64,000 bases of DNA, taken from Promethearchaeota archaeon. Lineage in GTDB: Archaea; Asgardarchaeota; Lokiarchaeia; Sigyniarchaeales; SOKP01. Made by a program: the position numbers and the translations under genes. Below, in pieces: positions 19,220 to 28,029 of this stretch. A model generated the notes under the pieces. That model saw nothing but the letters and a program-made list of their open reading frames with translations. It did no database searches and was not told the origin of the DNA. Each line of letters begins with the position of its first letter. Position 1 is the first letter of the stretch. The stretch covers positions 864,001 to 928,000 of the forward strand of contig JAHPZA010000006.1 of NCBI GenBank assembly GCA_019058445.1. The letters run 5' to 3'.

Positions 19220-21622
19220 TTGGAACGTTTCGAGCAATTTGATGGTTGGCTTTTAGATGTCTCAACATGTAGTGATGGAGTAGTCCTTTGGGTAAAAAAA
19301 GGGAAAATCATCTTGGAGATATTTCAAGAATTCTATCCCGAATTTTTTGCTGTTCCAAAGAAGAATATTGGCAGTGATTTTAAAAGGTTAAAAGGTATTA
19401 TCGAGGCGCATCCTAACGTAAAAAACGTACGGGTGTGTGAGAAATATGTGAAGCTGGAGGATCATAAAAAAACGAAAATCTTTGGCGTGTCTGTATCCAA
19501 ACCATCGGAATTTAAAAGAACAATTAAAGAGATTGACGAAATCGGGCAGTTTACTCTGTATAATACTGATCTCCCAATCTCACAGATGTATTTTTATGTA
19601 AAGGATTTATTCCCTATGTCTTTTTGTAGCTTCAAGGTTAAAACTGAAAAAGATAAAGACCAAAAAAGCAGTATGTTACGTTTGATCTCCTTAGAGCTCA
19701 AGGATGATAACGAAGAGTTGTTTTATGAATTACCACCTCTCAAGGCAGTGTGGCTCGACATTAAAGTTCAGCAACATGGGCTAAGATCTTATTATAATGA
19801 ACCACTTGCCTATGCTGAAATCAGTGTTGTTGAAAAAGATAGGCAGAACAATATTCCTCGAGCCGATGGGTTAAGAAGAAGGAGAATCCTCGTTGATGAT
19901 GCTGACGAAGCAGAGACGTTAAAGGGAATCGCTCGATTAATTGAAAACCTCGATCCTGACATTATACTTACACAAGGTGGCGATGAGTTCGTTTTCCCTT
20001 ATCTGGCAGCTCGAGCGTCAGTAAATCATGTATCGAAGGAATTGTATTTTTCTCGAACCAAAACGCCACTAAAGAACTGTGTTTTTGAGCTTTCAGGAGG
20101 ATCTGATCATTATATGTCCTACGGTATAATTAGGCGTCGCTCAAAGACACAGGTATATTTTACCGGACGGTTTCATTTAGATACAACTACCTATGGAAGC
20201 TTGCATTTTAGCGAGGGAAACATTCCCGGAGTAATAGAGGTAGCTCGCATCTCCCGAGTCCCGCTACAGAGGTTATGTAGAATCACAATTGGTGGCGCAC
20301 TTCAATCAATACAATTCTATAACGCTTATAAACTTGACCATCTCATTCCGCCTTTTAAGAAAAGTCCTGAAGGATTTCGGAATGGTATGGATTTAATTAG
20401 AGGTGATCGCGGAGGGCATATATTTGAACCATTAATTGGAGTGTTCGATCAAGTAGTCGAATTAGATTTCTCTTCAATGTATCCCTCTTTAATGGCAAAC
20501 TACAATATTTCTTCAGAAACTCTCAACTGTAAATGTTGTGAAGATGACGGCACAGGAATAAAAGTACCTGGATTAAATTTTCACATATGCTCAAAAAGAG
20601 AAGGGATCATTTCAAAGTCGATTAGCTTGCCATTAACAAAACGATTGCATTGCAAGGAATATGTGAGAAAAACAGGGGATCTTAGATATAAATTCACAGA
20701 TATAGCATTAAAATGGGTGCTTGTGGTAAGTTTTGGGTATCTGGGATTTAAAAACGCTCGATTCGGAAAAATTGAGGCCCATCAAACTGTTTGTGCATTT
20801 GCTCGCGAATTTCTTATGCGCACAGCTGAGATAGCAGAATCCTTTGGATGTCGAATTATTCATGGAATTGTGGATTCGATTTATATTCAAGATACTTTAG
20901 GGAGATCTCCCGAAGAATTCGAAAGCATCACAAAAAAAATTGCCGATAGAATTACAGAGGAGACAAATATTCCTATGAGTTGGGATGGGAGATTTAATAT
21001 CATTGTCTTTCTTCCTTCTCAAGCGGAACCTGATGTTCCGGCTCTCAGCCATTACTGGGGCATTAAAGCTGATGGTGAAATAAAAGTAAGAGGAATTGAG
21101 GTACGACGAAGAGATATACCGAAAATAATCAAAGAAGCTCAATATGCATTTATAGATGTCTTTAAAGGTGCAACCTCTGTAAAAGAATTCATGAAAAAAG
21201 TACCCGAAGCTAGGAAAATCCTTTTCAAATATGCTGATAAAATTGAAAGTGGCGCAGTTTCGAAAGAAGAACTCACTATTCGTCAACGAATCTCTCGAAC
21301 TCCTTCGAAATACAAGGTAAACTCTTATCAAGCAGTGGCGGCAAAACAATTAGAACAGTCGGGAGTTATGGCAACTCCTGGAAAAAACGTGAGATATGTC
21401 ATTTTGAATGCGGAGGCAGATCCCGATTTCCCGGAAAAAAAGGTAATCCTTTCAGATTGGTATGACAAGAAAAAACATCAATATGACAAAAAAAAGTATA
21501 TTGAATTATTACAAAGAGCGTTTGAAAACATATTTCCGTTTGAATTTCCTAAACTTGAAGAGCTATTGAAGTCTCGTGCTAACCGAAGGTCAAGTCAAAA
21601 AAACCTCTCATGCTATACTTAA
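19220..21622 (+). CDS. polB2: Family B DNA polymerase, PolB2/Dpo2 group
   Basis: RGGHIFEP, LDFSSMYPS, KWVLVVSFGYLG, HGIVDS (PolB2 variant of YGDTDS), KVRGIE; degenerate exonuclease motifs. Confidence 0.9.
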   Translation: MERFEQFDGWLLDVSTCSDGVVLWVKKGKIILEIFQEFYPEFFAVPKKNIGSDFKRLKGIIEAHPNVKNVRVCEKYVKLEDHKKTKIFGVSVSKPSEFKRTIKEIDEIGQFTLYNTDLPISQMYFYVKDLFPMSFCSFKVKTEKDKDQKSSMLRLISLELKDDNEELFYELPPLKAVWLDIKVQQHGLRSYYNEPLAYAEISVVEKDRQNNIPRADGLRRRRILVDDADEAETLKGIARLIENLDPDIILTQGGDEFVFPYLAARASVNHVSKELYFSRTKTPLKNCVFELSGGSDHYMSYGIIRRRSKTQVYFTGRFHLDTTTYGSLHFSEGNIPGVIEVARISRVPLQRLCRITIGGALQSIQFYNAYKLDHLIPPFKKSPEGFRNGMDLIRGDRGGHIFEPLIGVFDQVVELDFSSMYPSLMANYNISSETLNCKCCEDDGTGIKVPGLNFHICSKREGIISKSISLPLTKRLHCKEYVRKTGDLRYKFTDIALKWVLVVSFGYLGFKNARFGKIEAHQTVCAFAREFLMRTAEIAESFGCRIIHGIVDSIYIQDTLGRSPEEFESITKKIADRITEETNIPMSWDGRFNIIVFLPSQAEPDVPALSHYWGIKADGEIKVRGIEVRRRDIPKIIKEAQYAFIDVFKGATSVKEFMKKVPEARKILFKYADKIESGAVSKEELTIRQRISRTPSKYKVNSYQAVAAKQLEQSGVMATPGKNVRYVILNAEADPDFPEKKVILSDWYDKKKHQYDKKKYIELLQRAFENIFPFEFPKLEELLKSRANRRSSQKNLSCYT

Positions 21623-21743
21623 AATGTGTTCTGAATGGATTTTAGTCATAATTGAAAGCTTTTCTCGAGAAATTGTAAAAATAATGTTTTAGAAATCTTT
21701 TACTCTCTTTGGATTTATAGTTGAATACAATAATTTTAAGATC

Positions 21744-21926
21744 ATGTCAAAAACAGTTTCGTCTTATTTTGATTGGGAATTAAATTTTCGGAGAAAATCT
21801 CAATTAAGTCATATTTCTGAAATTGAAACAAAGAGAATAAGAGATAAAGAAGATGTTAATTCTCTTGGAATTTCTGATAATAATTATAAAGATTTTATGA
21901 AAAAGTGGAAAGAAAAAAACCTCTGA
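21744..21926 (+). CDS. Microprotein, paralogue A
   Basis: SYFDW.L.FR and VNSLGISD.N.KDFM.KWK.KNL are shared with 22134..22313. Confidence 0.7.
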   Translation: MSKTVSSYFDWELNFRRKSQLSHISEIETKRIRDKEDVNSLGISDNNYKDFMKKWKEKNL

Positions 21927-22133
21927 CCTCATAATTTCATTTTGGTCTATTTGTATCCAAAAAATTGTTTTTTAATTACTTAAAATGATGTTTTCAAATA
22001 GAAAGAAAATTTAACATTTCCGTAAAATATCCGTTCTAAAAGCACGTATATTGATGTTGAAAACATAGTCGTTTATATACGGAGTTTATTAGTTTATCAA
22101 ATTTGTAAAATATATTTATACGATTATAAATCA

Positions 22134-22313
22134 ATGTCAAAACCAGAATCTTATTTTGATTGGCAATTAGCTTTTAGAAAAAATTCAGATCGATCGAAAA
22201 AAGAGAATATGAATAAGATATATGGATCTTCTAAATTAAAAGTTAATTCCCTTGGTATTTCAGACAAAAATTTTAAAGATTTTATGAGAAAATGGAAATT
22301 AAAAAACCTATAA
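22134..22313 (+). CDS. Microprotein, paralogue B (59 aa, not in ORF track)
   Basis: MSKPESYFDWQLAFRKNSDRSKKENMNKIYGSSKLKVNSLGISDKNFKDFMRKWKLKNL. Confidence 0.7.
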   Translation: MSKPESYFDWQLAFRKNSDRSKKENMNKIYGSSKLKVNSLGISDKNFKDFMRKWKLKNL

Positions 22314-22367
22314 TCCCTTTCTATAAGATATTTGATAGAGTAAATTACATATTGAGGTGTAAAAAAC

Positions 22368-22553
22368 TTGGATATAGCAATTCGCTTACATAAAAGTGAT
22401 CTCGATTATCAAATAATATCGCTCTCGAAGCAAAAAGAAGATTATGATAAATTACTTTATTATTGTGGAGAAAATAATAAGGAAATTATTGAATTAAAGC
22501 AAGATGTTGACGAGAAGTTATCAAGAGTGATAAACTTATACTCTTTGCTTTAA
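22368..22553 (+). CDS. Small helical hypothetical protein
   Basis: GAGGTG about 8 nt before the TTG start. Confidence 0.5.
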   Translation: MDIAIRLHKSDLDYQIISLSKQKEDYDKLLYYCGENNKEIIELKQDVDEKLSRVINLYSLL

Positions 22554-22561
22554 TGGATTTA

Positions 22562-23749
22562 CTAAACATACTCGATGGTAGCAGGGGGTTTTGGAGTTAC
22601 ATCAAAATATATATTTTTCGTTTCAGCAAATCCTATGATTTTTTGTTTTAGATCAATTAACACTTCAATTGGCAGATTTGTAACTGTTGCCGTCCTTGCG
22701 TCTCTACTATTGATAGATCGAATAACAACATCATATTTTCCCCCGGAGTTACTTCCTAGTTCATAGAAAACTCTTGCATATCCTGTAATGTGTGAAGCTT
22801 TATTTACTAATAAATTATAATTCCAATCTCCTTTTTCGCATAGTGGGAGTTGATAAGTTCTCTTCCCTTCTAACAATCCAGTAACTTTTGTATTTAGGAT
22901 ATCTGTACCAATTGCAGCAAAAACTTGAAAAGGTTCTTGCTCTCCATTTTCATTAATAATCATAGCTTTCCCATATCTCTTTTTATAGAAATCTTCCACT
23001 GTGGACTCAACGAGGTCATGTACTTTTTTTTCGAATATAAGGTTTTCCTGTGAAACAGGTCCCACGATTCTAGCAGCCAGTGCAGGACCTGGAAATGCTT
23101 TTCTATAAATCAACTCTTGAGGTTGTTCAAGGTATTCAAGCACTTTCCTGACTTCATGCTTAGTCAAACTAGCCACTGGTTGGATAGTTGCCTCTACTTC
23201 GTATTCTATTTCGACATTGTGCTGACTTTTCACAAATCCTTCAATATTTTTTTGCATTAACTCGTTTTCTTCTTTAAGTGACATAGTTTCTTTAAGATCT
23301 ATTATCTTGACACCGAAACTCTCTTCAATATCTGGCAAAATAGTTCCATCTGCTAGGAGATCACAATTCTCTTCCTTGATTACCTTAGAAATTGTTTCTG
23401 AATATGCTGCCTTGAAAAGTTTTCTTTTGCCTTCAGCATCTCCCTCTTCATATATTTTAGGCAAAAATTTGTCACGAATGTCTAATATAATGACATCTGG
23501 AAAAAGTTTTTTAATGTATTCTCGCTCCTCAACTCCTCGAATTATTCTCATAAGACCGTGATCGATGAAAATTGGAATAGTGTTAATTTTTGCTTGTTTT
23601 AGTAATAAGTAAACTGTAGAACTATCAATACCCCCCGAGAGCGCACAAAAAACTTTTTTATATCTTGCGTGTTTATTTAAAAACTGAATAGCTGCTTCAA
23701 CAAACTTTCTAGGTTCTCGCGGAGGATTAATTAATCGATGATTCAACAT
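22562..23749 (-). CDS. GMP synthase ATP-pyrophosphatase (B) subunit-like protein
   Basis: ALSGGIDSS, FIDHGLMR, GTILPDIEES, KSQHNV, FPGPALA.RI, DVTPKPPATIEY. Confidence 0.85.
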   Translation of the reverse strand: MLNHRLINPPREPRKFVEAAIQFLNKHARYKKVFCALSGGIDSSTVYLLLKQAKINTIPIFIDHGLMRIIRGVEEREYIKKLFPDVIILDIRDKFLPKIYEEGDAEGKRKLFKAAYSETISKVIKEENCDLLADGTILPDIEESFGVKIIDLKETMSLKEENELMQKNIEGFVKSQHNVEIEYEVEATIQPVASLTKHEVRKVLEYLEQPQELIYRKAFPGPALAARIVGPVSQENLIFEKKVHDLVESTVEDFYKKRYGKAMIINENGEQEPFQVFAAIGTDILNTKVTGLLEGKRTYQLPLCEKGDWNYNLLVNKASHITGYARVFYELGSNSGGKYDVVIRSINSRDARTATVTNLPIEVLIDLKQKIIGFAETKNIYFDVTPKPPATIEYV

Positions 23750-23919
23750 AAAATAAATTAAGATTTAAATTAAAAAAAGGCATTTTATTAATGCATTATG
23801 ATTCAACGAAATAAAAAACACTACAGCTTATTTTCATATTCAATAACAATTAGTTTTATATAAGCAATATTTAATTTTTATTATAGCAAATAATATATTT
23901 ATTCGAGTAAGAATTTTAA

Positions 23920-24717
23920 ATGATCGAGATCATATTAACTTTCTTCTTTAGATTACTTATAATTATTTTTTTAGGAACGATCTTAGTCGTAGGCACTTTT
24001 CTGATAATTCGGGCTTATCAAATTGAGGCCAGAAATATTTACATAGTAGGAGTAGCATGGATTATCTACTTTTGCGGCCAACTTTTAAATCAGTTATTAC
24101 ATCTTCATGTCGTGATTTACGTTTTATTTTTAAGGGTTAGTTATATTCTTTTAGTAATTTTTACTAATTTAACTTTTTATAGGGGTCGAAGATCTATTCT
24201 TCCAAAATTAATCTTAATATTTGCAATTATCTCTGGCATTGTTGGATGGTATTTTAGTTCTATTAGGGATATTTCTCAAACAACTTATATATTAAGTCGA
24301 GCAATTGATTTCATTCATGCTTCGATTTGTTTTAATTGGTTAGGTTTTTCATGCTTTTCTGCTTATAAAAACTTTAAAAATATTGACATTGCCCCATGGA
24401 TAAAAGTTAGATATAAATTAACTTATTTATCTTCGCCTATTATCCCTCTTACATACTTAATTTTAATGTTTCATCCATATGATCTTCCATTTGGAGATAT
24501 TAGTACAACGCAAAGTCTTATCGTTTATGGATTAATCTCTATATTAGTTTTGATATATGGTCTAGTTTTTTCTCTAGCTTGGATCATGCCAAATCGGCTC
24601 AAGAAATATTTAAACCGAAATTATCATCCCGTAGAGGAAAAAGAGTATTCAGAAGAAGAATTAATGCATCTAATTAAGGAACAAATTTCTAAGGAGAATC
24701 ATTTTGGAAGTAATTAA
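23920..24717 (+). CDS. 7-TM membrane protein
   Basis: Seven hydrophobic segments; IFTN.TFY, PWIKVRYKL and W.MP...KKY.N are shared with 41586..42371. Confidence 0.8.
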   Translation: MIEIILTFFFRLLIIIFLGTILVVGTFLIIRAYQIEARNIYIVGVAWIIYFCGQLLNQLLHLHVVIYVLFLRVSYILLVIFTNLTFYRGRRSILPKLILIFAIISGIVGWYFSSIRDISQTTYILSRAIDFIHASICFNWLGFSCFSAYKNFKNIDIAPWIKVRYKLTYLSSPIIPLTYLILMFHPYDLPFGDISTTQSLIVYGLISILVLIYGLVFSLAWIMPNRLKKYLNRNYHPVEEKEYSEEELMHLIKEQISKENHFGSN

Positions 24718-24979
24718 ATTCTTAGGAGATAAACTAGCAACTAAAATCAATATAAGTCCACCCGCAGCAAGGGGATTGTTTAAATTAGCAATCAAAGATG
24801 AATTAGGACCGTTTAAACTGATCAGTGAAATCAATTTCAACGATTTCATATCTGTTATAAAAAACTCTCTAAAATTAAGATTAATTAAGCTAAATATCCA
24901 TAATAATGAAATTTTAATTGAATATATAGTATATTATTTGACAAAAAATCAATCTTTAATATCTATGGCTAGAGTTTAG
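24704..24979 (+). CDS. Small helical partner of the 7-TM protein
   Basis: LGDKLA..INISPPAARGL.KL.IKDEL is shared with 41299..41589; overlaps the upstream stop. Confidence 0.8.
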   Translation: MEVIKFLGDKLATKINISPPAARGLFKLAIKDELGPFKLISEINFNDFISVIKNSLKLRLIKLNIHNNEILIEYIVYYLTKNQSLISMARV

Positions 24980-25025
24980 CTAAATAGTCTTTTCCTTTAA
25001 ATAATTCTAATATTAAGTAAGTTAA

Positions 25026-25040
25026 GAAAAAGTTTATATA
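25026..25040 (+). promoter_or_regulatory. BRE-TATA promoter for the leader-peptide transcript
   Basis: GAAAAAG-TTTATATA ending 28 nt before ATG 25068, the spacing of a leaderless transcript. Confidence 0.55.
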
Positions 25041-25067
25041 GAGAAAAATTTATAATAATTTATAATA

Positions 25068-25199
25068 ATGACCCGATTTACTACTACATCAAATACATTG
25101 TTACGCGTTTTAGGCGTTGTAGTATTAGTAGTAGTATTATAAAGCAAGCAAGCGAATCTGACCTTTTTCTTATAATCTTTCCACGGATTTGTTTGCTTG
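25068..25199 (+). promoter_or_regulatory. Candidate attenuator: 24-aa Val/Leu/Thr-rich leader peptide (25068-25142) plus 16-bp hairpin (25145-25199)
   Basis: MTRFTTTSNTLLRVLGVVVLVVVL*; CAAGCAAGCGAATCTG/CGGATTTGTTTGCTTG with 3 G-U pairs and a U-rich loop. Confidence 0.55.
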
Positions 25200-25294
25200 G
25201 AATGTGAATTATATTTGAAAAAGGTTATATTCGGTTAATTTTCTGCTTAGAGGTCTAAAAATGATGAAAAAACTAAACAGAAAAGAGGTGTAAT

Positions 25295-25432
25295 ATGACC
25301 AGCATTCATGAAGAAGATATAAATATGCCGGAAATCATTGAAGAATCATTTGATTACAGCGAGATTTTTGATTCTACTAAATTCCCAATATCTGCTGAAT
25401 GTTATCTTAGTGATAAAGATTTAGCATGGTAA
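25295..25432 (+). CDS. Acidic microprotein (45 aa, not in ORF track)
   Basis: GAGGTG upstream; MTSIHEEDINMPEIIEESFDYSEIFDSTKFPISAECYLSDKDLAW. Confidence 0.55.
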   Translation: MTSIHEEDINMPEIIEESFDYSEIFDSTKFPISAECYLSDKDLAW

Positions 25433-25680
25433 AGAATTGGATCTTCTTACCATTATCGTTTAATTAATAAAGAAATATTATAAGTTGGCTTCTATATAGA
25501 TATATATAGAGATTTTCAATTCTTTTCCTAAATTTATTAAAAAATTAGATTAATCTTTATTTTCGATTAATTAAATCAAAAGATTTAAATATATAGTTTA
25601 ACATATAAAAGATAATAGCATTTTAAACGATTAATGAGATTATTATTAATTAAAAAGAATTTGTTATAGGTAAAGATTGT

Positions 25681-25851
25681 ATGGAACTCTCGGCAGACTT
25701 TTACGAAGAAGAAAAAAAACAACCTGAAGATAAACCATTTCACGAATTCTCTTACGCTAATATATTTGATATGTCGAATGTTAAACCAGGTGAAATTGAA
25801 ATTGAAGACGAGATTCGATTGGGCTATTTATGGGCGCGTTATGGAAGATAA
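25681..25851 (+). CDS. Acidic microprotein (56 aa, not in ORF track)
   Basis: MELSADFYEEEKKQPEDKPFHEFSYANIFDMSNVKPGEIEIEDEIRLGYLWARYGR; FxYxxIFD is shared with 25295..25432. Confidence 0.5.
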   Translation: MELSADFYEEEKKQPEDKPFHEFSYANIFDMSNVKPGEIEIEDEIRLGYLWARYGR

Positions 25852-25882
25852 GAATCTAAAGAATCTTAAAACCTTTATATTA

Positions 25883-27070
25883 TTATTTAATAACACTTTC
25901 TATTCTATTTAATGCTTCTTGTATTCTCTCAATTGATTGGGTTAATGCAAATCGTACAAAACCCTCACCATGCTCACCAAAACCTATTCCAGGTGTTAAG
26001 ACGACTCCTACATTTATTAATTTTTTAACAAATTCCATACTATTTTCTTCACCTTTCGGAATTTGGGTCCAAATATAAAATGTTGCCTGAGGTTTTTCAG
26101 TTCTCCATCCAATATCATTTAATCCTCTGACCAAAATATTTCTGCGTTCTTCATAAATTTTCATTGTTTTTGCAACAATATCAGGTTTTTTTTCTGAGGA
26201 ATATTCATTTAAACCCTTCGCCACGGCTTTTTGGATAAATACAGGACATCCTGAGTCTATTTGTGATTTTATTTTTCTTAATCCCTCAATGATTTCTGAG
26301 TTACCTACAGCCCATCCACATCTAAATCCAGTCATATTAAACATTTTTGATGAGCTATTAATTTCTATGTGATCTCTATTAACCTGGAGTAATGATGGGG
26401 CTATATAATCGTTGAATGTAAATTCTGAATATGGATTGTCATAAACTATGAAAAAATTATAATCATCCGCGTAATCAACTACTTTTTTTAAATATTCAAT
26501 AGGAGCTGTTGCCCCGGTAGGATTGTTAGGGTAATTTAAATACATCATTTTGGCTTTTTTCAAAATTTTGGTGCTAATTGCTTCTAAATCTGGAAGAAAA
26601 TTATTTTCTTTTTTTAATGGCATTATATGAGGATTGCCATCACACAATTTTGTTGCTCCATTTGCATATACAGGATAACCAGGATTTGGACAAAGAACAA
26701 TATCCCCTGGATTTATAAAAGCTCTAGCAATATTTGCAACCCCCTCTTTTCCTCCAAGAACATTCGTAACCTCATTCGCCAAATTCAAATCTAATCCAAA
26801 CCTTACTTTATACCATCTAGCTACAGCTTCCCTAAAGAATTCTTCTCCCATACTAGTTGGATAATTTTGATTTTCCGGAACTTTGACTTGTTCAACAAGC
26901 TCATTTAGGATTAAATCTGGAGTTTTTAAATCAGGGTCTCCAATCCCTAAGGTTATTAAATCCACACCTTGCTTTTTTTTTTCTACCTTTAATTGTTCTA
27001 TTTCAGCAAAAATGTACGGTGGCAACCTACCTACTCTTTCGGCAAATTTTATTTTAATACTTAACACCAT
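25883..27070 (-). CDS. Class I/II PLP aminotransferase (LL-diaminopimelate aminotransferase-like)
   Basis: LPPYIFA, LGIGDPD, YPNNPTG, DNPY, SSSKMFNMTGFRCG. Confidence 0.9.
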   Translation of the reverse strand: MVLSIKIKFAERVGRLPPYIFAEIEQLKVEKKKQGVDLITLGIGDPDLKTPDLILNELVEQVKVPENQNYPTSMGEEFFREAVARWYKVRFGLDLNLANEVTNVLGGKEGVANIARAFINPGDIVLCPNPGYPVYANGATKLCDGNPHIMPLKKENNFLPDLEAISTKILKKAKMMYLNYPNNPTGATAPIEYLKKVVDYADDYNFFIVYDNPYSEFTFNDYIAPSLLQVNRDHIEINSSSKMFNMTGFRCGWAVGNSEIIEGLRKIKSQIDSGCPVFIQKAVAKGLNEYSSEKKPDIVAKTMKIYEERRNILVRGLNDIGWRTEKPQATFYIWTQIPKGEENSMEFVKKLINVGVVLTPGIGFGEHGEGFVRFALTQSIERIQEALNRIESVIK

Positions 27071-27249
27071 TATAATTATTATAAGTTTTAAGAAACGTGA
27101 GCTTAATCATTAACTAAATTTTAAAAATTTTGTGAATACAAATTTTTTTTTTCGTTTTAAGCTCTACCACATCTCTTTTTGTTGATTAAATTTTTATAGA
27201 TAGTGATAGCTAAATTTAGTTAATAAATAAAAAATAAAAGGGTGAAAAA

Positions 27250-27990
27250 ATGGAATTTGAAACAATTTTATATGAATCAAAAAATAAAATCGGATATATT
27301 ACATTAAACAGACCTGAAAAGCACAATGCTTTGAGCTATCAGCTCCTTGATGACATAGACGCTGTTTTTGACCATGCTGAAGCAGATAATCAGGCAAAAG
27401 TAATTGTGTTAAAGGGTGCGGGTAAAAGTTTTTGTTCAGGGTTTGATCTTAAGGGATCCTACTATTTGACACCGCCAGAAGGAGGTTGGAAATATAAAAA
27501 TTCTTATGAGATACTAAACAAGAAAATATATGCTAAATATCCACGCATATTTAATTTCCCTAAGCCAACAATAGCTCAAGTAAATGGTTATTGTACTGAT
27601 GCTGGATGTTATCTTCAGCTTTTATGTGATATTTCAGTAGCTGCGGAAGACGCGCTATTAGGGCATCCAGCTCAGTTATGGGGAGGTGCACAAAGCATGC
27701 CATTATGGCAACTTTATTTAGGTGTTAAAAAGGCACGGTATCTTTTAATGAGTGGTCGAAGAATAACTGGAAAGGAAGCTGAACAAATAGGACTTGTGAG
27801 TATAAGTGTTCCTCGAGACAAACTTGAAGAAGAAGTTAATAAGCTGGCTTCTGAAATTGCTAAAATACCTGCTGAAGGGGCTCTCCATAATAAAATATGT
27901 CTCAATACAGCCCTTAAAATTCGAGGTGTTGATGCGTTATTTGACTATTATGGTCAGATGAATAGATATTGGAGATTTAAACCTGGTTGA
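27250..27990 (+). CDS. Enoyl-CoA hydratase/isomerase family protein
   Basis: ITLNRPEKHNAL, FCSGFDL, PKPTIAQVNG. Confidence 0.9.
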   Translation: MEFETILYESKNKIGYITLNRPEKHNALSYQLLDDIDAVFDHAEADNQAKVIVLKGAGKSFCSGFDLKGSYYLTPPEGGWKYKNSYEILNKKIYAKYPRIFNFPKPTIAQVNGYCTDAGCYLQLLCDISVAAEDALLGHPAQLWGGAQSMPLWQLYLGVKKARYLLMSGRRITGKEAEQIGLVSISVPRDKLEEEVNKLASEIAKIPAEGALHNKICLNTALKIRGVDALFDYYGQMNRYWRFKPG

Positions 27991-28029
27991 TCTTTCGCTA
28001 GAAAATAGATATTTCAATTGGTATGGGAA

